46,994 nt of DNA from Thecamonas trahens ATCC 50062 (Eukaryota > Protista > Apusomonadida): assembly GCF_000142905.1 (NCBI RefSeq), contig NW_013657668.1:1-46994 (forward strand), given 5' to 3'. Position 1 is the stretch's first letter; every line of letters starts with the position of its first letter. Under the pieces are notes generated by a model. The model was given only the letters and a program-made list of their open reading frames with translations. It searched no databases and was not told the origin of the DNA. Of the stretch, positions 32,431 to 42,183 are shown in pieces. The translations under genes and the position numbers were made by a program.

Positions 32431-33759
32431 TCATTCCCAGTCATCATCGTCGACATCGATCCAGAGGTTGGCGTCCTCGACTGGGTCAACAGCCTCAAGC
32501 TCGACATCGACGGCCTCGCCGACTGCGTCACCCGGAAGCAGCTCGCTGTACGACCCTGCAGTAGTCGAGCTAGTGCCACCGGTGCCGGTCTGCTGGCTAG
32601 TGTAGTAGCGGTAGCCAAAGAGACCAGCGGCGCCGAGGACCATGACTACGAGGGCAAAGATCGTCGACGACGACGACGATGAGCTTGTGGTGTCGGTGCC
32701 GGTGATGACCGGGCGCCGCTTGGGCGCGGGTGGCGGCGGAGGTGCGGCGGCGTCGGGTGGCGGCGGCGGCGGAGGTGCGGCGGCGTCGGGTGGCGGCGGC
32801 GGCGGAGGTGCGGCGGCGACGGGTGGCGGCGGCGGCGGAGGTGCGGCGGCGTCGGAAGGCGGCGGCGGCGGAGGTGCGGCGGCGTCGGAGGGCGGCGGCG
32901 GCGGAGGTGCGGCGGCGTCGGAAGGCGGCGGCGGCGGAGGTGCGGCGGCGTCGGAAGGCGGCGGCGGCGGAGGTGCGGCGGCGTCGGAAGGCGGCGGCGG
33001 CGGAGGTGCGGCGGCGTCGGAAGGCGGCGGCGGCGGAGGTGCGGCGGCGTCGGAAGGCGGCGGCGGCGGAGGTGCGGCGGCGTCGGAAGGCGGCGGCGGC
33101 GGAGGTGCGGCGGCGTCGGGTGGCGGCGGTGACGGTGAGGGCGAAGGCGGCAGCGGTGACGGACTCTTTGTCACGCATTTCCAAATGGTCTCCCAAATAT
33201 CGGTGAACTTGGCTTGGAGCACGAACTCTTCGGCATAAGGACGGGATGCCTCCCAGATGAACTGATCATTCAGCTCCATGACCTTCTTTCCGGCGGCGTG
33301 AGTAATGCGGAAATCGTCGCCGAGGGCACCCCCTTGAACAGAGAACCAAGACAGGTCAGGAGCACATCGCCAGTTGAGGCCAGGACAGGCCAGAGCGCCA
33401 ATCCCATCTGAGCCACTACTCCAATTGAGGTCAGAACAGATCCGATCCTCGTCGCCATCGACTTTGAACGTGATGGTCAACTCCTGGCCCTCATAGGGAT
33501 CGATTTGACACAGCCACTCGGATGTTTCCTCGATGAGGTTGCACTTCGAGGTCTTCTGAGGTGCCGATGTCAAGATCAAGTCGGACACAGGGTCATTGCC
33601 ATCTACCTTGATCAATAAAGAGTAGAGCACTCCGTCGTCACTATGATCAGCACCAACGATGCACGCACATGGCGGGGGCGGAGTCGAGCCTACAGCTCGG
33701 CCTCGCATCAGGCACGCCACGCCAAGCACAAGCACTACAACCACACTCAGTCTTGTCAT
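32431..33759 (-). CDS. Type I membrane protein: signal peptide, Cys/Trp-containing ectodomain, Pro-rich stalk, TM helix, acidic tail
   Basis: N-terminal MTRLSVVVVLVLGVACL; about 12 PPPPPP(S/P)DAAA repeats; TM IFALVVMVLGAAGLFGY; tail containing YSEL and ending WIDVDDDDWE. Confidence 0.85.
   Translation of the reverse strand: MTRLSVVVVLVLGVACLMRGRAVGSTPPPPCACIVGADHSDDGVLYSLLIKVDGNDPVSDLILTSAPQKTSKCNLIEETSEWLCQIDPYEGQELTITFKVDGDEDRICSDLNWSSGSDGIGALACPGLNWRCAPDLSWFSVQGGALGDDFRITHAAGKKVMELNDQFIWEASRPYAEEFVLQAKFTDIWETIWKCVTKSPSPLPPSPSPSPPPPDAAAPPPPPPSDAAAPPPPPPSDAAAPPPPPPSDAAAPPPPPPSDAAAPPPPPPSDAAAPPPPPPSDAAAPPPPPPSDAAAPPPPPPSDAAAPPPPPPPVAAAPPPPPPPDAAAPPPPPPPDAAAPPPPPAPKRRPVITGTDTTSSSSSSSTIFALVVMVLGAAGLFGYRYYTSQQTGTGGTSSTTAGSYSELLPGDAVGEAVDVELEAVDPVEDANLWIDVDDDDWE
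32728..33130 (-). repeat. Coding 33-bp minisatellite, about 12 copies
   Basis: Plus-strand unit ggcggcggcggcggaggtgcggcggcgtcggaa, near-perfect copies. Confidence 0.95.
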
Positions 33760-33834
33760 GGCAGCTTAATCAGCAGCAGCAGATACAGATCGTAATAAGC
33801 AAAGGCACCAGATCCACAATCTCGGAACACTCAG

Positions 33835-33951
33835 CAGCAGCAGGAAGCGGCGGCAGCAGCAGGAAGCGGCGGCAGCAGCAGGAAGCGGCGGCAGCAGCAG
33901 GAAGCGGCGGCAGCAGCAGGAAGCGGCGGCAGCAGCAGGAAGCGGCGGCAG
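33835..33951. repeat. 19-bp tandem repeat CAGCAGCAGGAAGCGGCGG, 6 copies
   Basis: Six perfect contiguous copies with no spacers, just upstream of the ATG at 33759. Confidence 0.95.
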
Positions 33952-34790
33952 TCAGGAGAGCGAGAAACAGCCAGCACCTACCAGAGTGACCACACGAGCA
34001 GCAGGATCCAAACAAAGGCCTCAAGTTGGTGTGGCACAACTACGTAGAGTCTGTTGTGGAGGGAGTTGAGAGTACCTTGCTCTTGCCCGTCTACCTCGCA
34101 CCACACTCACTAGCTGTGCTCGATGTCGCCAGCAGGTCATTCGGTCCGACGCGATGACGTCGACCAATCAAAGACCACACCACTCATCAATCACGTGACA
34201 GATCGTTGCTCCGTGAAGCATGTGATCAGAGAGCAGTTGCGGCGGTGAGAGTGGGGCAAAGATGACGTGCCAAGGCAGAGTCACGGTCAGTGTGATGCCA
34301 CTGTGGATGGGCAGCGGAGACGAAGGTCGGAGGAGGGGGGGGAGGGGGGAGAAGGCAAGGCAAGGCCGGCATCTGTACGACCTCGTCGACACATGATCAG
34401 ATGAGGATGTGGGTGGCGGGGCGATGCATCGAGCCTGTCAAGTCACGCGCGTTCTCACCCAGTGCGCGTCACCTATCTGATAGAACAACTCCGCCTGTTC
34501 AGATCAGAGCTCAACAGTCAGGGCCGGATACACCACACACAGGCCGACCCAACCCATCCCAACCAGCGCCACACACGCCAAGCACTCCTCCACTCCTCCC
34601 CGACAATTGTATCGCAGCTGATCTGTCGAAAGTGTGCGGTGGGGCCGATCGAGAGCGAGACGGCAGCGGGCAGTGGTGAGCGCGACACGAGGGCGGAAGC
34701 CGGCCAGGGCTCGGAGCGCGGAGCCTTGGCCGGAGACGTGCACGGGCCACACCCAACTCGTAGGAGAGACCAGAGAGTGGCGAGAGCAAC

Positions 34791-37700
34791 ATGGGTGTCA
34801 AGAACCTCTGGCGGGTGGTAGAGCCGACTGGGCGGCGTGTACCGCTCGAGGCGCTGTCGAACCAGCGGCTGGCTATCGATACCTCGATCTGGCTGGCGCA
34901 GTTCATGTCAGCCATGCGGGATGCAGATGGCGAGCCGCTGCCCAACGCGCATCTGCTTGGCATGTTCCGCCGCATCTGCAAGCTGCTCTTTGTCCGCATC
35001 AAGCCGGTCTTTGTCTTTGATGGCGCTACGCCGGCGCTCAAGCGGAGGACCGTGGCAGAGCGCGCGCGGCGCCGCCGCGCCGCCGAGTCCGCTGTGTCCG
35101 TGCCTGCGGCCCAGGCTGCGCGCAAGCTGCTCAAGCAGCAGATTGCGTCGGCAGCTGCAAAGTCGGCTGGCGCCAAGGCTGCCGGATTCACGTCGCGATC
35201 CGGTGGCACTGCAGGTGTCGCGGCGCCGAGAAGCACGCAGGCCGCCTCTGTAGACACCGAGTCGGACGAAGAGGACGAGGAAGAGGACGAGGAGGAGCTC
35301 CAGCGTGCGCTGGAGGCGCTGGATGTTCCAATGGATTTGAGCGCGTTGGATATGGAGGTCTTCAAGTCGCTCCCGCCGCAGCTCCAGCGGCGGGTCCTGC
35401 GCGCCATGAAGCGCAAGCGCTGGATCAACCGTGCCCACCGGTACGAGCGGCTGCAGGAGCTTGCTCCGACGTCAGACGCGTTCTCGCTGTACCAGATTGA
35501 CTCGTTGGTCAACAAGCACGACATCACCGCAAAGATGCAAGAAGCTAACAAGGCGCTGGAGAAGCAGGTCGACGTCGTGCTGGACCATGTCGACGACGAC
35601 GATCTTGCGCCGCCGGCGCAGACCGAGCAAGCCGGCATGGCCTCGATCGATGTCGGCTCGCACGGCGTTATCTCGGTCCCTGCCCACAAGATTATGTCTG
35701 ACGCCTCGCAATACTACATCCTCGCCGAGCTTCCGTCTTCATCCACTCGCGGGTGATGGGCGTGACCGGCCATGTCGACGATAAGTCGCTGGCCGCAGCC
35801 CGGATGCACACGTCCAAGACTGCAGCGTCCAACCCGCAGCCGACCTCAACGGCCAGCACTGGTGCCGGCTCAAACGACGACGGCCCCATCACTATTGCTG
35901 TCGGCGACGCGGACGATGCCTTTCCTGTCGACTTTTTTGACCAGTACGCGGCCAAGGCTACACAGCCGACCTCAACGGCCAGCACTGGTGCCGGCTCAAA
36001 CGACGACGGCCCCATCACTATTGCTGTCGGCGACGCGGACGATGCCTTTCCTGTCGACTTTTTTGACCAGTACGCGGCCAAGGCTACACAGCCGACCTCA
36101 ACGGCCAGCACTGGTGCCGGCTCAAACGATGACAGCCCCATCACTATTGCTCTCGGCGACGCGGACGATGCCTTTCCTGTCGACTTTTTCGACCAGTACG
36201 CGGCCAAGGGAACAGCCTCCTCCTCTTCCAAGACCTCCACCGCCCGAACTGTTGTCGATCTGACTGAAGACGATGCACTCGATATTGTCGCCGAGTCTCG
36301 GCAGCATGCGGGCGGCGGATTCGTGGCCGAGTCTAGCCCTGCCGGCGGGTTCATGACCGAGAATGCCGAGATCCCTGAGGAGCTCGCGCAAGAGCTTGCC
36401 GAGCTGAACGCGCTTGACGACGGCGGAACGACGACCGACGAGGACGGGGCAACGACCGATGAGGATGAGGACAAAGACTACGGTGGCGGATCGGACGTGG
36501 TCGACCTTACAATGCAGGGCCGGTTGGCGCAGTTTGAGGCGTCGGTCGCGGCGCCAGCCAGGCCGCCTGTGGCCAAAGGCCCGGGCGCTGTGACCCGCGG
36601 CGGGTTCCTCTACTACGGAGCGAGCGGCGGCAACAGCATCGCCGACGAGATGGCCGAGCGGGCTGCACTTTCCGACAGCTCGTCGACAACCGCCGACGAT
36701 GTCATGTCCGAAGTCGGGGCCAGCGCGTCGGACTCAGAGTCTGCAGACAACGATGGGTCTGGCGACGACGAGGCCGAGCTGCCGGCCGACGGCGGGGGTC
36801 TCGCCGCGGCGGCTGATGGCGACTTTGCCAGCGACCTCTCCAAGTGGGACGACCACGGCGTGGAGCTTGTGGATCTTCTCGTCTCGGCGTCGGTGCGCAA
36901 GGCGCTGGGTGCTGGCGGTGAGACGGCGCCGAGTGCGGCGGCGCGTGCGCTGCAAGCCGAAACTATTTCCGAGGAGCTCGTGTTCGAGTGCGCGTCGCTG
37001 CTCGACGTCATGGGCATTCCGTACATCCAGGCGCCGTTTGAGGCCGAGGCGCAGTGCGCGGTGCTACTGGAGCTCGGCCTCGTCGACGGCATCATCACCG
37101 ATGACTCGGACGTGTTCCTCTTTGGTGGCGACCGGGTGTACCGGTCGTTCTTTGACGAGCGGCGCTACGTCCGGCGGTTCGACATGTCGGTGATGAAGGA
37201 TGAGCTCGGGCTGGACCGCGACGCGCTCGTCTTTCTCGCACACCTGCTTGGCTCCGACTACACAGCGGGCGTACACGGGGTTGGCGCCGTGACCGCGATG
37301 GAGGTGCTCGCGGCCTGGCCGCCGAGCGAGTATGGCGGCGGGCGCGAGGGCGTTGTTCAAGCGCTCGAGGCCTTCAAAGCTTATGTGACTGCGCTCCCGC
37401 ACGAGGCCGACGCGCTCATCGCGGGGCGTCCGGAGCGGCTGCGGGTGCGGGCGGCGGTCAAGCGGCTGCAGTCGACGGTCCAGCTTCCTGCGCGGTTTCC
37501 AGACACCGCGGTGGTCGAGGCGTACCTGGCGCCCGCCGCGACGCGCGACGACGAGCCGTTTGAGTGGGAGGAGCCGCGGTTCGACGCGCTGGAGCAGTTT
37601 GCGGTTCAGACATTTCGCTGGAGCGCCGAAAAGGCGGCCACTGAGGTGGCGCCGGTCCGGGCCTCGTACGCCGAGCTTGTGCCGGCCAAGGTCCAGACCA

Positions 37701-38353
37701 AGATCGACGCGTTCTACCTCGGCGCCGGCGCCGGCGGCCTCGAGCACATCACCCGGATCGGCTCGCGGCGGCTGCGCGGCGTGGTGGCGCAGCTGCTGGG
37801 CGTCAAGCTCTCGTCGCTGCCTGCGCCGCCGGAGGAGGAGGCGCGGGCGACGGCGCGGAAGCGCAAACGGAAGCGCGGCGCCGAGCCTGCGCCCGCCGAG
37901 GCGAACGCGCCGCTGCCGGCCGTCGCCGATGTCGACATGTTGCGGATCCACGATGCGCTGCACAACTACGCGGTGCGGCGGGTGGTGGTCCAGGGCGAGG
38001 CCCGCGAGGTGCAGGTCTTTCCCAACTCGGGCTGCCGCTTTGTGGCCGTCGGCCCGTACACCTTTATCGAGCAGAATAAGGCCAAGGACTCGTACTACGC
38101 AGCCAAGGCCCGCGACGGCGCACTCATCTCGTGGATTCCGACCAAGGACGGCTCGCAGTGGGGCTGCATCTACAACTCGGTCATCAAGCATCCGCTCCCG
38201 CCGCTCTCGGCCGTCGATCCCTCGGGCATGCACTCGTCCGAAGAGTGGACCCCGCACATGCTCGCCACCCTCGAGGCCACGCTAGCATCGGTCGAACGAG
38301 GCCAGGCTCGAGCCTCACCGGCTCGCCCGGCCAAGCGGGCCAAGCCGTCGTAG
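34791..38353 (+). CDS. RAD2: XPG/RAD2 (ERCC5) nucleotide-excision-repair endonuclease, split over two frames at about 35753
   Basis: N-domain MGVKNLW...LAIDTSIW...[17 protein letters not shown]; UBM-like [13 protein letters not shown]; I-domain [16 protein letters not shown]...[32 protein letters not shown]; PIP-like QTKIDAFY. Confidence 0.93.
35837..36209 (+). repeat. 126-bp (42-aa) coding tandem repeat, 3 copies, in the XPG spacer
   Basis: Units start at 35837, 35963 and 36089; [42 protein letters not shown]. Confidence 0.95.
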
Positions 38354-38388
38354 TAAACCGCTCCGAGAAGTGGCGACTCGTTAATCGG

Positions 38389-38760
38389 CTACCGCGGCAG
38401 CTGATCGTCGTCGGAGCGGGCAGTGTGGATCATGTTGAGGAGCTCGGACGAGGCGACCGAAGAGCCCGGCGGGTCGAGCGAGACGTCGAGCATGGGGTTG
38501 CGGGCGGCGAGGCGGAAGCCCTGAGCGCGATCGCGGAGATGAAGATAGCCCTCCATGCGGCGGCCAGTCGGATAGAGAACTTCATGCGCAGCTGGCACGT
38601 GATCGCACGCCACGCACGCCTCGCCCTCGGTCGACGAGTATGCCGGGCACGGGCACGAGAGGCACCGCCCGCGCCGCACCCCGTTGTCGTCGCAGCACTC
38701 GGGCGCCGTCTCCTGCGTCCCGTGCTTGTCGGTGCACGAGCATGCCCTACACATCGACAT
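38389..38760 (-). CDS. Small Cys/His-rich putative zinc-binding protein
   Basis: ATG at 38760; CRACSC...CC...CLSCPC..Y...CVACDH....H; coding-like codon bias. Confidence 0.6.
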   Translation of the reverse strand: MSMCRACSCTDKHGTQETAPECCDDNGVRRGRCLSCPCPAYSSTEGEACVACDHVPAAHEVLYPTGRRMEGYLHLRDRAQGFRLAARNPMLDVSLDPPGSSVASSELLNMIHTARSDDDQLPR

Positions 38761-39850
38761 GGTGAGGATTAGGGGGGGGAGGGGAGGGGGGGGGGGAGGG
38801 ACGAGGAGGCAGGCAGAAGCAGAGCAGTGTCTCCCAAGCTCCGGCACCAGCTCCAACTCTGACCGCGCTGCGTCCACGGGGTCGTCGAACGAAACGATCG
38901 GCTGGCTCCGTTGGGTGGCTGTCGGCTGGCAGGTCGCCGGCTCGCCAGTATGACAGCGAAGCACAAATAGGGGCGAACTAAATACTTGGCTGACACAGCC
39001 ACCCGCCCAACCATGGCAGGCGCGCACGTGCCGCCGGTCAAAGCTAAGAAAAATGTGTGTCATGGCAGCGTGGCCGCCAGCTCAGCCCCCGCAACCTCCG
39101 CAAGAGTCGACTGCCAACCTGTACCCGGTGAGCAACACGGCTGAGGGCACAAGATACAGGCGTAAATACCACTGATGGCCATGTTGTGCCCACTCCAAGG
39201 ATAAGCAGGCAGCAGGCAGGTGATCATTGGCCCCATGATGGGATTGTACACGTGGAGGGGGCGAAGGGTGACCCGGTGATCGTGCACCACGACGAAGCGC
39301 TGGGCGTCGGCGAAATGCGGAGAAACTCGGATATTGGACGATGGACGAACAAATGGTTCAAGAATGGCTGCATTGGAGATAGGTAAGAGTTATGGCGTGA
39401 TTGAAGTTTGGCGACGTCGCCCCGCCACACGCGACTTACCCGACACCTATTCTGCAGCGCCCCGTGAACCAACGTTGTTACACCGAGGGAAGGGCAAGTC
39501 GATATGTCGTTTATGCGTGACTCTGAGATGAGTCTCGCTCCTCTGTCCGTGGAGAGTCTCTCTTCTGCCATGCTCGGGAGCCCTGGGAGCCTCCTCGCCT
39601 CGCCGCTTATGGACGAACTGTTCGGTGCGCTGACTGGCAGCTGGGAGGGCGGCAACCCCCGCAGTCAAGCCCACCATCGGTCCGCCTCCCGCTACGGACG
39701 AACATTGCCTCGCAATCATCAACGCCTACGCCCAACCCTATCTCATCGATCTCGTCGTCGTCGCGCTCCTCTTACTCGTCGCCGGTCTCGCCAAGCCCGG
39801 CCACTCCGCCCGAGACTCACCCTGTCGCGTCGGCGGCGACGACGTCGTCC

Positions 39851-41959
39851 GTGCAGCAGCAGCACCACCACCACCACCACCAGTCGGGCGGCGCCGGCAA
39901 ATCCCATCCCGCCATGCGGCCCACAGCCCACATGCAGGCGCACACCTCGGGCGCGGCAGGCACGCACGCCTATGCACATGTGCATGCTCACGCGCACGCG
40001 CAGCCGACTTCCTTTTCCATGGCGCAGGGCGGCGGCTACTTTCAGGCCTCTGTCGCCCAGCACGGTTACCTCGGCTACGCACCGATCCAGGGCCACAACT
40101 TTTTGGCTGACATCCCCAACTGGCCCGGCCATGCCAACAAGGCTGCTGCCGCCAGAGCCGTCCCGCTGCAGGGCGCGCAGGCCACGGCTGGCCCGCCGCG
40201 CCCGCCGACCGGCCCGGCCGCCGTCCCGCGCAAGTCGCGGTCATGCGACCGCTGCCGCGCGTCCAAGCGCAAGTGTGTTGTCGACGACGGTGCTGCCGCC
40301 TGTCGCCGCTGCCTCGGCGTCGGTGCCTCGTGTACCTGGCTAGTGCCGCCGAAGAAGCGCGGCCCCAAGCCCAAGTCCAAGTCCAAGTCACAACCACAGC
40401 CGTCCGCGCCCGAGCTCTCGCTCAAGCGCAAGCGCGACGACGATTCGCAAATCGGGACGATGGCGCTGACGCTCCGCGAGACCCGCGAGCCAAAGGTCCT
40501 CCGCACCCTCTCTTCGGCGGACGTCGGCCGGCTCACCGCGCTGCCTATGCCCATGCCTACTGTCCTCCCAGTCTCCGCCGTCGAACTCAACTACGCCAAG
40601 GCCTTCTTCGACCTCGACCTCTACCGCATGCTGCCGTCGGTTCCGCCGGCGGCGACCAGAGCCGTGCTCGACATCTGTTCGTGGGCACGGCCTGCGCAGC
40701 CGGGCGCCATTGCGCCGTCGGTCTCGCCGGTTCTCGAAGTACTCACCCGCCTGGTCATTGCCTGTGGCGCGCTCTCGCTCGGCGATCTGACCTCGTCACG
40801 CGCGCTCTCGCGCATGGCCTCGGACCGCCTCGGTGAGCTCATGTCCCACCATACGCCCGAGGCCATCGCCTGCCATCTCCTCTTCACGTTTCTCAACATG
40901 GACGGCAGCTTGCCGCGCGCGCTCACGCACGCGCTCCTCGCCCGCGACCTCGGTGTCCACCTCGACAGCAAGGAGCCGGTCCCCGGCAGAATGTTTACCA
41001 CACCTGCCTCCCCCGCACTTCGTCTCGAGACAGTCTTTTGCGAAGCTGCCATTCGCCAGTCCCGCCGCGTTGAGGCGATGCGCTCCGACACAACCTTTTC
41101 CGCCTCGCCGGCCTCGGAGCCATCCAGCCCGATGTCGAGCTCGTCAAGCTCGTCGTCTTCGGTTATGGAACCGTCGCCGTCGCCGGCCCCTAGCCCGGGC
41201 ATCGCCGCCGTCCTCCCCATCATCTCGTCGGTCAACAAGCTGATGCATGAGACCAACATTCCGTTTGTCATTGTCCTCGCCCGCAAGATCGGCCTCGTCC
41301 CGAGTGACCTCAATGACCTCAACGTCGAACACGCCATCCCGGCCGCCGGGCCGCGCACCTTCAAGCTCTTTGCTGCGCTTCTCGGCCACTGCGACATCGA
41401 CCTCGAGTCGTCGTGGAAGCCAGTCTCGTTTGCCGACGCCACCTCGGACCTCCAGCGGGCCAAGCTCAATCAGATCCTCGACAATGCGCCGCTGCCGGAC
41501 AGCATTGTCAACGACCGCCGCTCGTCGGCCGAGGTCATTGGCGTCATCCGCAGTGCCCTCGTCGAGTTTGAAGACACGCTCGAGACGCCCCAGCTCAAAG
41601 CATCGTCGGCGCAGTTCACCCCGGTTCTCCCGCTTCTGGCCCCACTCCGCCTCGCGCTCTCCTCGATCACCAACCACGCTGAAGACCTTAACTGCGTCCC
41701 CGACAGCATCGAATGGGAGATGGTCGCCATTGGCGAGGAGCTGCTCCGCGACTCGCATGCGCTTAACGCCCGCCTCAACATCCACCTCAAGACCCTCGCC
41801 CTCTTTACCCTATTCTCGATGAAGCGTGGCCAGTCGCGCGCTTGTGCCCAGCTTGCCCGCGTCCTCCAGCGCACTCTCCCGCTCTGCTCCTCGCGCGTCG
41901 CCATGGCCCTCTACGTTCTCGTCATCGACGGCTGGAGCGTTGATTTGCTGTCCTCGTAG
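39851..41959 (+). CDS. Zn(II)2Cys6 (GAL4-type) transcription factor; 5' end probably extends to about 39504 across a frame break
   Basis: SCDRCRASKRKCVVDDGAAACRRCLGVGASCTW..PPKKRGPK fits C-x2-C-x6-C-x8-C-x2-C-x6-C; helical middle region; His/Gln-rich N-terminus. Confidence 0.88.
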   Translation: MQQQHHHHHHQSGGAGKSHPAMRPTAHMQAHTSGAAGTHAYAHVHAHAHAQPTSFSMAQGGGYFQASVAQHGYLGYAPIQGHNFLADIPNWPGHANKAAAARAVPLQGAQATAGPPRPPTGPAAVPRKSRSCDRCRASKRKCVVDDGAAACRRCLGVGASCTWLVPPKKRGPKPKSKSKSQPQPSAPELSLKRKRDDDSQIGTMALTLRETREPKVLRTLSSADVGRLTALPMPMPTVLPVSAVELNYAKAFFDLDLYRMLPSVPPAATRAVLDICSWARPAQPGAIAPSVSPVLEVLTRLVIACGALSLGDLTSSRALSRMASDRLGELMSHHTPEAIACHLLFTFLNMDGSLPRALTHALLARDLGVHLDSKEPVPGRMFTTPASPALRLETVFCEAAIRQSRRVEAMRSDTTFSASPASEPSSPMSSSSSSSSSVMEPSPSPAPSPGIAAVLPIISSVNKLMHETNIPFVIVLARKIGLVPSDLNDLNVEHAIPAAGPRTFKLFAALLGHCDIDLESSWKPVSFADATSDLQRAKLNQILDNAPLPDSIVNDRRSSAEVIGVIRSALVEFEDTLETPQLKASSAQFTPVLPLLAPLRLALSSITNHAEDLNCVPDSIEWEMVAIGEELLRDSHALNARLNIHLKTLALFTLFSMKRGQSRACAQLARVLQRTLPLCSSRVAMALYVLVIDGWSVDLLSS

Positions 41960-42183
41960 GAGCTCAAGACCGCTCCTTCCTCTCCTTCACTCGCCAGGTT
42001 CCCCCCCCCCTCATTGGTGGCTGGTTGGAATCGCCCAAACGGGCGCAATCGGAGTCTGCCCCCAAACGGGCGCAATGTCCCGCGGCAGCACAAAACCGCA
42101 CCCAGTCCCGCGCACATTCCGCTATTCTGCCCCACCCAAACACCTCTCCTTCTCTCTGAAGCAAAGAACCTAAACTAGAGAAC

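Noticed and set aside
33835-33951. Short repeats as a CRISPR array
   Set aside because: Units are contiguous with no unique spacers, there are no cas genes, and the context is eukaryotic.
34000-34790. Long intergenic region as an ncRNA or mobile element
   Set aside because: No tRNA or snRNA structure, terminal repeats or transposase remnants recognised; it fits a divergent promoter region.
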